Part shown: positions 26,721 through 39,277 of the stretch, one piece after another
Layout of the letters: each line of letters begins with the position of its first letter
Position numbering within the stretch: the stretch's first letter is position 1
Source: Malacoraja senta
Lineage: Eukaryota
Direction: 5' to 3'
Assembly: GCA_038087875.1 (NCBI GenBank)
Contig: CM075998.1
Coordinates: forward strand, 5,210,001-5,274,000
Length of the DNA stretch: 64,000 bases
The notes under the pieces: model-generated
What the model was told of the DNA's origin: nothing
The model's database searches: none
The model's input: only the letters and a program-made list of their open reading frames with translations
Translations under genes and position numbers: made by a program

Positions 26721-27489
26721 TTAGCCAGAGTTATAATGAGAGATTAGATAGGCTGGGACTGTTTTTACCAGGAGCAAAACCGACTGAGGTGTGACCTTAT
26801 AGAAAACTCACGAGGAATATGGAGGCGGTCGACAATTAAAATTATTCTTCTAGCATAGGTGAGTCTCGGACTAGAGGCTGAGATTTAAGGCTACCATCTA
26901 CCTCTTTGATGACCCTCTAACTGTCCTTGATAGGAGTTTGCTGGCTTTACCTTGCACTAAACATTATTCCCTTATCACGTATCATGGCTCGATTGTAATC
27001 ATGTATTGTCTTTCCGCTGACTGGTTAGCACGCAACAATAGCTTTTCACTGTACCTCGGTACACGTGACAATAAACTCAACTGAACTGAAACTGAAGGTG
27101 AGAACGGATAGGTTTAAAAGAAGCTTGAGGGGCAAGTGGAACGAGCTGCCAGAGGAGGTGGCAGCGGCAGGTTCTATAGCAACGTGTAGGAAGGAACTGC
27201 AGGTGCTGCTTTAAGCAGAAGAGTGACACAAAAAGCTGGAGTAGCTCAGCAGGACAGGCAGCGTCTCTGGAGAGAAGGAATGGGGTGACCCGAATCACCA
27301 CCCGTTCCTTCTCTCCAGAGATGCTGCCTGTCCCGCTGAGTGGCAATGTTTGCATTTGGACTGGTACATGGCTAGGAAAGGTTTAGGAGGATATGGACCA
27401 AATGCAGGCAAATGAGCAAAGACGGGGATCGTGGTCAGCCTGGATGATTTGGGCCGAAGGGCCTTGTTTCCATGCTGTATAACTCTTCT

Positions 27490-27955
27490 TCTTGGCTGCC
27501 GTGTGCCGGGGCAGCAGGGCGAAGGCTGCGGACGCCAACAGGATCAACAAACTCATCAGGAAGGCCGGCTCCGTCCTGGGGGCGGAGTTGGAGTTGGAGT
27601 TGGATTCACGGGAGGTTGGTCTTGGAGGGGAGGATGCTCCTCAAACTGCGGAGCATCCTGGACAATACAGCTCACCCCCTCCGTGACATCACTGGTCAAC
27701 CTGAGGAGCACCTTCAGCAACAGACTGGTTCCACCAAGATGCAGCACAGAACGCCACAGGAGATCCTTCTTCCCTGTGGCTATCAAACTGTACAACTCCT
27801 CCCCCTTCTGTCGTGGGGTAGACTGAGACTGACTCCCCACCCCACCCCCCCTCCCCAATCCTTTCCACTCATCACTTTAACTTGATGTTTCATGAATCTT
27901 GTTTTTTCGTGACTGTTGGCAGATCAATTTCCCTCCTGGGATAAAGAAAGTTCTA
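27490..27955 (+). mobile_element. Rex1/Babar-like LINE 3' fragment
   Basis: ADANRINKLIRKAGSVLG...RRSFFPVAIKLYN; a second copy lies at 58391-58590. Confidence 0.7.
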
Positions 27956-28351
27956 TCATAGAAACATAGACAATAGGTGCAGGAGGAAGCCATTCAGCCC
28001 TTCGAGCCAGCACCTCCATTCATTGTGATCATGGCTGATCATCCCCAATATAGAAATCGTATTGTATCTATGAACATGATAAGAGTGAAGAAGGGAGATT
28101 AAATAGTTGGGCAACTCCTTGTGCTGTACGTCCCAGTGTGAGCTTGATAATCATATTGGACGTAGTCCTACAATGAGTGATTAAATGTCCACTTGGATGG
28201 AGAAAAATATATGATGCAATAAATTGGGAGAAAAAATTGTCATGCATGATTCTTGGCGTTGCCCATGTGTATTTTGTTTCTGTATCTTTACACTGGTGGC
28301 AAAAAATGTATGTTTGTAAAATGTCCATTTGCAGTTCTGGAAATTGAACAG

Positions 28352-29125
28352 ATTGGGTTAACGTATGATCAGCGTTTGACAGCACTGGGCCTGTACTCGC
28401 CAGAGTTTAGAAGGATGAGGGGGGGGACCTCATTGAGACTTATCGAATAGTTTAGTTTTTATTTTAGTTTAGAGATACAGCGCGGAAACAGGCCCCTTCG
28501 GCCCACCGGGTCCGCGCCGACCAGCGATCCCCGCACATTAACACTATCCTACACCCATAGGGACATTATTTACGTTTACCAAGCCAATTAACCTGCAAAC
28601 CTGTACGTCTTTGGATTGTGGGAGGAAACCGAACATCTCGGAGAAACCCCCACGCAGGTCACGGGGAGAACGTACAAACTCCGTACAGACAGCACCCGTG
28701 GTCGGGATCGAACCCGGGTCTCCGGCGCAGTGAGGCAGCAACTCTACCGCTGCGTCATCGTACCGCCCCATAGTGAAAGGCCTGGATAGAGTGGATGTGG
28801 AGAGGATGTTTCCACTAGTGGGAGAGTCTAGGCCCAGAGGGCACGGCCTCAGAATTAAAGGACGTACCTTTAGGAAGGAGATGAGGAAGAATTTCTTTAG
28901 TCAGAGGGTGGTGAATCTGTGGAATTCATTGCCACAGACGGCTGTGGAGGCCACGTCAATGGATATATTTAAGGCAGAGATAGATAGATTCTTGATTAGT
29001 GCGGGTGTCAGGGGTTATGGGGAGAAGGCAGGAGAATGGGGTTGGGAGGGAGAGATGGATCAGCCATGATTAAATGGCGGAGTAGACTTGATGGGCCGAA
29101 TGGCCTAATTCTGCTCCAATCACTT
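28352..29125 (+). mobile_element. CR1-like LINE fragment interrupted by an inverted HE1-like SINE (about 28452-28768)
   Basis: The LINE continues across the SINE at gaatag/tgaaagg; ORF 28773..29069. Confidence 0.85.
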
Positions 29126-29174
29126 ATGCACGTATGAATTTATGAGAAAACATGGCCTGTTCTCTTTCTTTCAG

Positions 29175-29316
29175 TCAATGTCCTGAAGGATACAAGTGTA
29201 TGAAAGCAGGAAAAAATCCCAACTATGGCTACACCAGCTTTGATACATTCGGCTGGGCTTTCCTGGCCTTGTTTCGACTCATGACGCAAGACTACTGGGA
29301 AAATCTGTACCAGTTG
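29175..29316 (+). CDS. scn8a: Nav coding exon 8 ([47 protein letters not shown]), DI pore loop with the D of DEKA
   Basis: 142 nt, tttctttcag acceptor, GTAAGT donor at 29317. Confidence 0.97.
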
Positions 29317-29581
29317 GTAAGTAAGGAGGCAATGTATTCTTTTAATATTATACTCTTCTTTCACTTAAAATAAAAACATCAATTTGAATTTAGCAGATAA
29401 TCTGTTTCAAAAAATGTGCACATATTTTTGACAAATTTGATTATTCCAAAGAGTCATAGAGTCATACAGCGCGGGAACAGGCCCAACTTGTCCAAGATGC
29501 CCCATCTAAGCTCGTCCCATTGACCTGTGATTGACCCAAATCCCTCTGAACCTTTCCTCTCCCTGTCCCTGTCCCAACCTG

Positions 29582-30050
29582 CAGTGTAGGTTTACAAGGT
29601 TAATTCCCGGATGGCGGGACTGTCATATGCTGAGAGAATTGAGCAGCTGGGCTTGTACACTCTGGAGTTTAGAAGGATGAGAGGGCATCTCATTGAGACA
29701 AATAAGATTATTAAGGGTTTGGACACGCTAGAGGCAGGAAACATGTTCCCGATGTTGGGGGAGTCCAGAACCAGGGGCCACAGTTTAAGAATAAGGGGTA
29801 AGCCATTTAGAACGGAGACGAGGAAACACTTTTTCACACAGAGAGTTGGTGAGTCTGTGGAATTCTCTGCCTCAGAGGGCGGTGGAGGCAGGTTCTCTGG
29901 ATGCGTTCAAGAGAGAGCTGGATAGGGCTCTTAAAAATAGTGGAGTCGGGGGATATGGGGAGAAGGCAGGAACGGGGTACTGATTGGGGATGGTCAGCCA
30001 TGATCACATTGAATGGCGGTGCTGGCTTGAAGGGCTATTGTCTATTGTCT
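29582..30050 (+). mobile_element. CR1-like LINE 3' fragment
   Basis: ORF 29611..29925. Confidence 0.85.
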
Positions 30051-30466
30051 ATTATACCAAGGAATAAAGTCCCGGCCTGCTCAATCTCTCCCTCTAACTC
30101 AGGCCCTTGAGTCCTGGCTACTTCGTTGTAAATCTGCATCTACACCCTTTACATCTCGACGACACTGCATCTACACCCTTTACATCTCGACGACATCCTT
30201 CCTATAACATGGTGCCCCAGAACTTCAGGGTGGAGACCTTGCTTCAGACTCAGCCCGAAACGTCACCCATTCCTTCTCTCCAGAGATGCTGCCTGTCCCG
30301 CTGAGTTACTCCAGCATTTTGTGTCTATCTTCGGTCATAAGCCTTCATGACCAGCCTATCTTCCTGTGAAGCCGCCTTCAGGAACCTGTGCATCTGTATT
30401 CCCAGCTCCCTCTGCTCCACAATATACCCCAGGGCCCTATCATTCAATGCCAACTTCTCCCTCGCT

Positions 30467-30797
30467 CTCTGGGAATGTCCCCCACTCTGGGAATGTCCCC
30501 CTCCCCCACTCTGGGAATGTCCCCTCCCCCACTCTCTGGGAATGTCGTCGTCCCCCCCCCCCCCCCCGCTGTGGGAATGTCCCCCTCCCCGCTGTGGAAT
30601 GTGTCCCCCCCCCACTCTGGGACTGTCCCCTCCCCCACTCTCTGGGAATGTCCCCCCCCCCCCAAGTGTGGGAATGTGCCCCCCCCCGGGATGTCCCCCC
30701 CGCTGTGGGAATGTCCCCCCCCCCCACACTCTGGGACTGTCCCCTCCCCACTCTCTGGAATGTCCCCCTCCCCCACTCTCTGGAATGTCCCCCCCCA
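30467..30797. repeat. C-rich minisatellite (ctgggaatgtccccc...act units), G-rich on the minus strand
   Basis: More than ten imperfect units with variable C runs. Confidence 0.9.
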
Positions 30798-31664
30798 GAG
30801 CTGCGAGAGGAAGTATCCCAACGTTTAAGAAACAGTGAGACAGGTACATGGATAGGACAGGTTTGGAGGATGTGGACCAAATGCAGGCAGGTGGGACTAG
30901 CGTAGCTGGGACATGTTGGCCGGTGTGGGCAAGTTGGGCCGAAGGGCCTGTTTCCACACGGTATCACTCTGTGACTCGATGACTGTGACAAGTAAGAAAT
31001 ATAGTGTGGGTAGTTGGAGGTGTGTGTCCTTGAGGTATAATGGCTTGGCTGCAGAGATGTCCACATGTGGGCCGGCACGGTGGCTCAGCAGTAGAGTTGC
31101 TGCCTCACAGCGCCAGAGACCCGGGTTCCATCCCGACTACGGGTGCTGTCTGTACGGAGTTTGTACCTTCTCCCCGGGACTGTGGAGTTATGTGAGGGAG
31201 GAGGCGTTGAGGGAAGAGGTTGGATTGTGAAGCTCCCCTATCATTTACTGGCCAGCCAAGTCTCAGCCTGGGTGCTTCAAGATTAGTCAGTTGAGCAAAT
31301 TAAGGGAGGATTCTTCCAAGTCCAATACGTGCGCAAAGGACAAAGTGCTGGAGGAATTCTGTGGAGGGAACGGCCAGACGACATTTCAAATCAGCACCCT
31401 ACCCTACCATCTACCAGTGGCACAGCAGCGGTAGAGTTGCTGCCTCACAGCGCCAGAGACCCGGGTTCCATCCCGACTACGGTGGCTGTCTGTACGGAGT
31501 TTGTACCTTCTCCCCGTGACCTGCGTGGGTTTTCTCCGGGTGCTCCGGTTTCCTCCCACACTCCAAAGACGTGCAGGTTTGTAGGTTAATTGGCTTGGTG
31601 TAAGTGTAAATTGTCCCAGTGTGTGTAGGATAGTGTTAATGTGCGGGGGTCACTGGTCGGCATC

Positions 31665-32080
31665 AGTCCACCTGCCTGCGTTTGGTCCATATCCCTCCAA
31701 ACCTGTCCTATCCATGTACCTGTCTAACTGTTTCTAAAACGTTGGGATAGTCCCAGCCTCGACTACCTCCTCTGGCAGCTTGTTCCATACACCCACCACC
31801 CTCTGTGTGAAAAAGTTACCCCTCAGATTCCTATTAAATCTTTCCCCCTTCACCTTGAACCTGTGTCCTCCGGTCCTCGATTCCCCTACTCTGGGCAAGA
31901 GACTCTGTGCATCTACCCGATCTATTCCTCTCATGATTTTATACACCTCTATAAGATCACCCCTCATCCCCCTGCGCTCCAAGGAATAGAGTCCCAGCCT
32001 GCTCAACCTCTCCCTATAGTTCAGGCCCTCGAGTCCTGGCAACATCCTCGTAAATCTTCTATGAACCCTTTCAAACTTGG
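31665..32080 (-). mobile_element. CR1/HER1-like LINE fragment
   Basis: C-terminal half of ORF 31734..32375. Confidence 0.85.
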
Positions 32081-32100
32081 CATTATCATTCCGGTAACTT

Positions 32101-32341
32101 GGTGTGTGCGCATGCGTGTGCGTTTGTGTACGTGTGTGTGTGCGTGTGTGCGTGCGCATGTGTGTGCGTGTATGTGTGCGTGTGCATATGCGTGCGTGTG
32201 TGTGCGCATGTGCGAACGTGCGTGTGCGCATGTGTCTGCCTGCGTGTGCGCGTAAGCGTGTGTGTGTGTGCGAGCGTGTGTGTGTGTGTGCGAGCGTGTG
32301 TGTGTGTGTGTGTGCGAGCGTGTGTGTGTGTGCGTGTGTGT
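32101..32341. repeat. Compound (TG)n/(CG) alternating purine-pyrimidine microsatellite
   Basis: Directly visible. Confidence 0.95.
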
Positions 32342-34794
32342 TAAACATGTCAATCCTGTCATTGGAGCTGTTCATTTCTGGTCCTTGGCTCGTGGTGAAT
32401 CAACGAGCATTGGCCAACTTTGCGATGGAAATAGCACGTCCCTTCGTGGCTGTGCTGCTGGATGGCAGCCTGCTGCTGCGGTACTGATCCAATCTGCCAC
32501 TGCTGCTGCTCCCCTGCAGCAAAACAGGGCCTGCGACGTGGCGGATCTGGGCAAAGCAATGCGCTTCGGCAAAGCTGCAGATGAATGGAAATGCATTCAC
32601 GACTGATAAGACACTATTATCATTTGACAAATTAAGCAGCGCTGCCATTTTAGTGAGCCTCTGAAACCAGGGAACGAAACGATCCCCTTTAAAGTACAAA
32701 GCAAAATCCCACTCTGCTGAGAAGCATTGCAGGGATATTTGCTGCCTCCTTTTAACTCTTGCTGATGTGTTTTTGATTTTTAAAACAATGCAGAAAATAT
32801 TCATCTGAGAGAAATCGAGGAGGAATTTTGGAGCTGAATTCTTCCTGAATGTAGAATAAAGCTTTAGTGTAGTTTAGTTTCAGAGATACAGCATGGAAAG
32901 GCCCTTCAGCCCACCGTGTCTGTGCCGACCAGCGATCCCCGCACAATTTGCACTGCCGCACACACACCATTTACACCAAGCCAATTAACCTACAAACCTT
33001 TGGAGTGTGGAGGAAACCGAAGATCTCGAGACAACTCACGGGAGAAGGTACAAACTCCGTACAGACAGCACCCGTAGTCGGGATCGAACCAGGGTCTCTG
33101 GCGCTGTGAGGCAGTCGGTCTACCGCAGTGCCGCCATTTTAACTGGAACCTTCTGCAATTTCCAATGATTGCAGCTCTGCCCGCTGCAGCACGGTGACGC
33201 AGCGGCCCTAGCGCTAGAGACCCGGGTTCGATCCTGACCTCGGGTGCTGTGTGTGTGGAGTTTGCACGATCTTCATGTGACCGCGTGATTTGTAACTTTG
33301 TAAGTGCCCTTCATGGGCGCCTATTTGCATACCTTGGCACGGTATACAAGCAAACACTTTCACTGTGACTTTCCACATGTGACAATGACGTATTCCATTC
33401 AATTAAAAAATTCAATGGGTTTTCTCCGGGTGCTCCGGTTTCCTCCCACATCCCAAAGACGTGCGGGTTTGTAGGTCAATTAGCCTTCTGTAAAATTGCA
33501 GTTCCTTCCTACACCCTGGAATTCTATATTGAAAGATACGGCATGGAAACAGGCCCTTCGGCCCACCGGGTCCATGCCAACCCTTGATCACCTACACACA
33601 CTAGTTCTGTGTTATCCACTTTCTCTCCACTCTCAACACTCTCGGAGGCAATTTACCGAGGGGGACAATTAACCTACAAACCCGCACGTCTTTGGGATGT
33701 GGGAGGAAACCGGAGCACCCACGCGGTCACAGGGAGAACGTGCAAACTCCACACACGCATTCCGCACCCGAGGTCGGGATCGAACTGGGTCTCTGGCGTT
33801 GTGAGGCAGCGTCTCTACCTCCCCCAGAGGGTTTGAGGGACAACACTGGAAACTCCAGTGATGCACAGGCCTCCAGGAGAGCAGTCGTTCAGCGGAGAAT
33901 GGGAGAGGGTGAGGAATGGGCAAGGGTTGGAAGTGCGATCATTAGGGCATGTTGCAAGTGCAGGAGGTAAATGGATCGACAGCGAGAGAAGGTGAAGGGT
34001 GACAGACTAACAAGCACTGTTCCGTCCAATGTAGAACAGTACAAGCACAGGCCCTTCGGCCACAATATCCAAGCTGTACATAATGCCAAGACCAGCTTTT
34101 ATCTGCCTCCACATAATCTACATTCCCCTGCGTCCTCCATATCCACGTGCCTATCCAAAAGTCTCTTAAACACCACTATCATATCTGCCTCCACCACCAC
34201 CCCCAGCAGCGCGTTCCAGGCACCCACCACCCTCTGGGTAAAAAAACCTGCCCCCGCCCCAACTCCTTCAGACTCTGCCCCTCTCACCTCAAAGCGTTGT
34301 GCTCCAGTGAGTGATTTATCCACCCTGGGGGAAAGTGTTCTGACTGTTTCCGCTCAATATTAGTTTCGTTTAGAGAAACAGGCCCTTCGGCCACGATCCC
34401 CGCACACTAACACTATCCGACACACACTAGGGACAGTTTAACAATTATGCAAATCAAATGAACCCACAAACCTTTGGAGTCTCATATGCCTCTCATAATT
34501 GTATACACTTCCATCATGTCTCCCCTCCGCCTCTGGCGTTCCAGAGTCTCTCCACCCTCTCCCTGTGGCTGAAACCCTCTAATCCAGGCAGCGTTCTGGT
34601 AAACCTCTGCACCCTCTCCAAAGCCCCCACATCCTTCCTGTGATGGGGTCGACCAGAACCGCACGCAATACTCCAACGCGTGCTGACTCGTGGTGAGATG
34701 GGATTAGATGTGACGTGGTCCATAAGAGTGAGCCATGTTGCTACTTTATTAAGGGCCACCTACCTAAGATGCGATATGTTCTTCAGTTGTAGAA

Positions 34795-35352
34795 CCAGAA
34801 TTTGGCCATTCGACCCATCCAGTCTACTCCGCCATTCAATCACGGCTGATCTATCTCTCCCTCCAAATCCCATTCTCTTGTCTTCTCCCCATAACCCCTG
34901 ACACCCGCACTAATCAAGAATCTATCGGACAAAATATCCATTGACTTGGCCTCCACAGCCGTCTGTGGCAATGAATTCCACAGATTCACCACCCTCTGGT
35001 TCAAGAAATTCCTCCTCATCCCCTTTAATTCTGAGGCTGTGCCCTCTGGTCCTAGACTCTCCCACTAGTAGAAACATCCTCTCCACATCCACTCTATCTC
35101 GGCCTTTCACTATTTCGGTAAGTTTCAATGATGTACCCTTTCATCCTTCTAAACTCCAGCGAGTACAGGCCCAGTGCCGTCAAACGCTCGTCATACGTTA
35201 ACCCACCCATTCCCGGGAACATTCTCGTAAACCTCCTCTGGACCCTCTCCAGGGCCAGCACATCCCTCCTCAAAAATGGGGCCCAAAACTGCTCACAGTA
35301 CTCCAAATGCTGTCTGACCAGCGCCTTATAGAGCCTCAGCATTACACCCCTG
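34795..35352 (-). mobile_element. CR1-like LINE fragment
   Basis: ORFs 35094..35465 and 34922..35128 (LYKALVRQHLEYC...). Confidence 0.85.
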
Positions 35353-35596
35353 GATGTCATGGGCTTACATGTTGAAGAAGGCGTCACCAGCTCTGTGCAG
35401 ACCTGCCTCTGCATGCCTGATACTAGATGTGCAAATATAATGTCAAAACATCCCAGAGGTAGCATTCCATGTTACGATGTATGATGTGTTTGTCTAGGGC
35501 CCTCCATAGATTAGTGCGTGAGATATGGTGGATCTAGAATTCCTACAACTTACAGATAGTTCCCAATTTTCATTCAAGCTTAATTGACTTTATCTA

Positions 35597-36693
35597 TCTA
35601 TATATTACTAAAACTCTCATATTGTTTGTTTGTATGCGTGCGTGCGTGTGCGTGAGATCCCGAAACCCCGCCAAAACGGTACACGATAGCGCTACAATTT
35701 TTGGCCCACCTTACTCACCATTGTCCTGTGATGTAAATGAAACAAGTTTTGTTCACATTGATGGTATATTTTACAAGTTATTGACATTTTAAACTTTACA
35801 AAAATCACTTTTCAAACCACTTTTCCACTTGCCCTGCCCATCAGCTGCTTTCGACGTCACAATGGGATCCCAAATGTTTTTATTTTTTTTAATCACCATT
35901 TTCATTGACATTGATTTTATTCTAAAGAAAAAACCCTTTTAATCAAACTCTTCAGTTTTCATTAACAGCTAACGTGATTTTCATTGAGAATATCTTTTTT
36001 TTTTTAAACATCGCGATTTCCATTGTGGGGAGGTGGGGGATAGAGGGAGAGGAGGGGGGTAGGGAGGGGAGAGGAGCGGGGTATGGAGTGGAGAGGAGGG
36101 GGGTAGGGAGGGAGAGGGAGGGGAAAGTGGGGAGGTGAGGAGGGAGAGTGGGGGAGGAGGGGGGTTAGAGGGAGAGGAGGCGGGAGTGGGGGAGGTGAGG
36201 AGGGAGAGTGGGGGTGTGGGATAGGGGGAAGGCGAGGAGTGGGGGAGGAGGGGGGTAGGGAGGGGAGACGGGTTATGGAGGGAGGGAGAGATTGATTGAT
36301 GGTAGGGGAAAGGAGAGGGAGGGGAGGAGGAGAGGGGAAAGAAGCGGGAGGGTGAAGAGAAGGGGGTGGGAGTGCTGGGGATGAGGGGAATGGAGGAGGA
36401 TAGGGGTAGGAAGAGGGATGGCGAGGTAATGAAAGAGGGGAGGGGGTGAGGGGAGAGGGGGAGAGAGGGGAGGAAGCAGAGGATGGTTGGTGGAGTGTGG
36501 GGAGAGGGAGGACAATGAAGGAGGGGAATAGCGGACTGAAGAGGGAGAGTGAGATGCGTTCACATTGATCTTATATTTTACAAGTTATTGCCATTTTAAA
36601 CTTTAAAATCGTCAGCCGCACCTGCGCAACTGGGGGCTATGGGTGAGTGGTGGAATATTGCGTTGGGGCCCAACGGGTCTGCACTTGGTCTAG
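35597..36693 (+). mobile_element. Non-autonomous Helitron
   Basis: 5' A|TC(TATATATTACTAAAAC), subterminal hairpin cgttgg-ggc-ccaacg at 36661-36675, 3' CTAG|T. Contains an internal GA-rich tract. Confidence 0.75.
36027..36555. repeat. Purine-rich G/A low-complexity tract
   Basis: Directly visible. Confidence 0.9.
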
Positions 36694-36795
36694 TTTTTCA
36701 TAGAAACGTAATATTAAACGCCAAAACATCACGCCTTCTGATGCATTGTCTGGGCGTCAGTCGTCATCTACCCATTCATCCATTCATAAATGGAT

Positions 36796-37480
36796 CTGAA
36801 GAAGGGGTCTGAAGAAGGGTTTCGTCCCGAAACGTTGCCTATTTCCTTCGCTCTCCCCAACATCAGTCTGAAGAAGGGTCCCAACCCAAAATGTTTCCCA
36901 TTCATGTTCTCCAGAGATGTTGCCTGACCCGCTGAGTTACTCCAGCACTCTGTGAAACGTCACCTATCCATGTTCTCCACAGATGCTGCCTGACCCGCTG
37001 AGTTACTCCAGCACTCTGTGAAACGTCACCTATCCATGTTCTCCAGAGATGCTGCCTGACCCGCTGAGTTACTCCAGCACTCTGTGAAACGTCACCTATC
37101 CATGTTCTCCACAGATGCTGCCTGACCCGCTGAGTTACTCCAGCACTTTCTGTCTTTCTTTATACATCCATGTGAGCAATGGATTTTAAGTTTCACTGAA
37201 AGGCTTTTCACAAATATTAACTAGGAACTGCAGATTCTTTATACCAAGGATAGACACAGAGTGCTGGAGTAACTCAGCGGGTCAGGCAGCATCTGTGGAG
37301 AACATGGATAGGTGACGTTTCACAGAGTGCTGGAGTAACTCAGCGGGTCAGGCAGCATCTCTGGAGAACATGGATAGGTGATGTGGATAGAAAATGAAGA
37401 AGGGTCTCAACCTAAAAATCATCTTTCCATGTTCTCTAGAGATGTTACCAGACCTGCTGAGTTACTCCAGCATTTTGTGT
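36796..37480. repeat. Tandem and inverted Penelope pLTR-derived repeats (62-bp units at about 36905-37147, inverted copies at 37255-37380)
   Basis: Repeated catgttctccacagatgctgcctgacccgctgagttactccagcactctgtgaaacgtcacctatc. Confidence 0.8.
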
Positions 37481-37514
37481 CTGACTTTTCAAATATCTTT
37501 ATATGCGTGGGACG

Positions 37515-37810
37515 TCACGGTGACACAGCAGTAGAGTTGCTGCCTCACAGCACCAGAGACCCGGGTTCCATCCTGACTACGAAAGCTGCCTGTATGGAGT
37601 TTGTACGTTCTCCCCGTGACCTGCGTGGGTTTCCTCCAGGTGCTCCGGTTTCCTCCCACACTCCAAAGACGTACAGATTTGTAGGTTGATTGGCTTTGGT
37701 AAAAAAATTATATTGTCCCTAGTGTGTGTGTAGGATAGTGTTAGTGTGTGGGGATCGCTGGTCGGTGTGGACATGGAGGGCCTGTTTCCGCGCTGTATCT
37801 CTAAACTAAA
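37515..37810 (+). mobile_element. HE1-like V-SINE
   Basis: Head, V-domain and tail all present. Confidence 0.85.
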
Positions 37811-38237
37811 GTTTATCAGCTATAAAACCCAGTACATAGTCAATGCCTGGCTATGTACTGGTTTTCTCCCACACTCCCCCAATATTGACAGTTGACCATG
37901 TTCAATGGGAAAAACCTAAGTCTCTGATGATGCTGTCTGCCGTTTTGAGGCAGCGACTCCTGTAGATCCCTTCGATGGTGGGGAGGTCAGTACCCGTGAT
38001 GGACTGGACACTGTTCACCACTATTTGCAGTCTGCTTTGTTCCTGGGCGTTCGAGTTACTGAACCAGGCCATGATGCATCCGACATTAACTGGTCAATTA
38101 GCTGAGATCCAGACACAAGCAAAAACTGTTGCAACAGTCGGCAAAAATAAATCGCTGACTATGAAGCTCCTCCAAATGATTTGATTTGTGATAAGGCTGC
38201 AATAAAAATCACACAAATGGTGAGATGTTTTTACATT

Positions 38238-38783
38238 TAGGTCATTTAGGAAAGACATTATTGCCATAGAGGGAGTGCAGAGAAGGTTCACCAGACTGAT
38301 TCCTGGGATGTCAGGACTGTCTTATGAAGAAAGACTGGATAGACTTGGTTTATACTCTCTAGAATTTAGGAGATTGAGAGGGGATCTTATAGAAACTTAC
38401 AAAATTCTTAAGGGGTTGGACAGGCTAGATGCAGGAAGATTGCTCCCGATGTTGGGGAAGTCCAGGACAAGGGGTCACAGCTTAAGGATAAGGGGGAAAT
38501 CCTTTAAAACCGAGATGAGAAGAACTTTTTTCACACAGAGAGTGGTGAATCTCTGGAACTCTCTGCCACAGAGGGTAGTCGAGGCCAGTTCATTGGCTAT
38601 ATTTAAGAGGGAGTTAGATGTGGCCCTTGTGGCTAAAGGGATCAGGGGGTATGGAGAGAAGGCAGGTACGGGATACTGAGTTGGATGATCAGCCATGATC
38701 ATATTGAATGGCGGTGCAGGCTCGAAGGGCCGAATGGCCTACTCCTGCACCTAATTTCTATGTTTCTATGTTTCTATGTTTCT
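38238..38783 (+). mobile_element. CR1-like LINE 3' fragment with (TTTCTATG)n tail
   Basis: ORF 38275..38679. Confidence 0.9.
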
Positions 38784-39070
38784 AAGTGATAGGAGCAGAA
38801 TTAGGCCATTCAGCCCATTAAGTCTAATTCAGCATTCAATCATGGCTGATCTATCTCTCCCTCCCAACCCCATTCTCCTGCCTTCTCCCCATAACCCACG
38901 ACACCCATACTAATCAAGAATCTATCTATCTCTGCCTTAACAATATCCAGTGGCTTGGCCTCCACCACCGCCGTCTGTGGCAGCATAACTGACACAAGTG
39001 TGTGATGATTGCATTGCACAAATAATGTCCCTTAAAGAGTAACCGGAAGAATGTCTTTTGTGTTTTGCAG

Positions 39071-39277
39071 ACGCTACGAGCCGCAGGGAAGACGTACATG
39101 ATCTTTTTTGTCCTCGTCATCTTCGTGGGTTCTTTCTACTTGGTGAATCTGATCCTGGCTGTGGTGGCCATGGCCTATGAAGAGCAAAACCAAGCCACCC
39201 TGGAGGAGGCTGAGCGGAAAGAACAGGAATTCAAGCAAATGCTGGAGCAGCTGAAGAGGCAGCAAGAGGATGCTTTG
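39071..39277 (+). CDS. scn8a: Nav coding exon 9 ([69 protein letters not shown]), DI S6
   Basis: 207 nt, ttttgcag acceptor, GTTAGT donor at 39278. [10 protein letters not shown] is SCN8A-like. Confidence 0.97.

Noticed and set aside
30325..31078. Long Pro/Gly-rich ORFs
   Set aside because: Products of the C-rich minisatellite and flanking LINE sequence.
31734..32606. His/Thr and Cys/Val-rich ORFs
   Set aside because: Translations of the TG microsatellite fused to LINE sequence.
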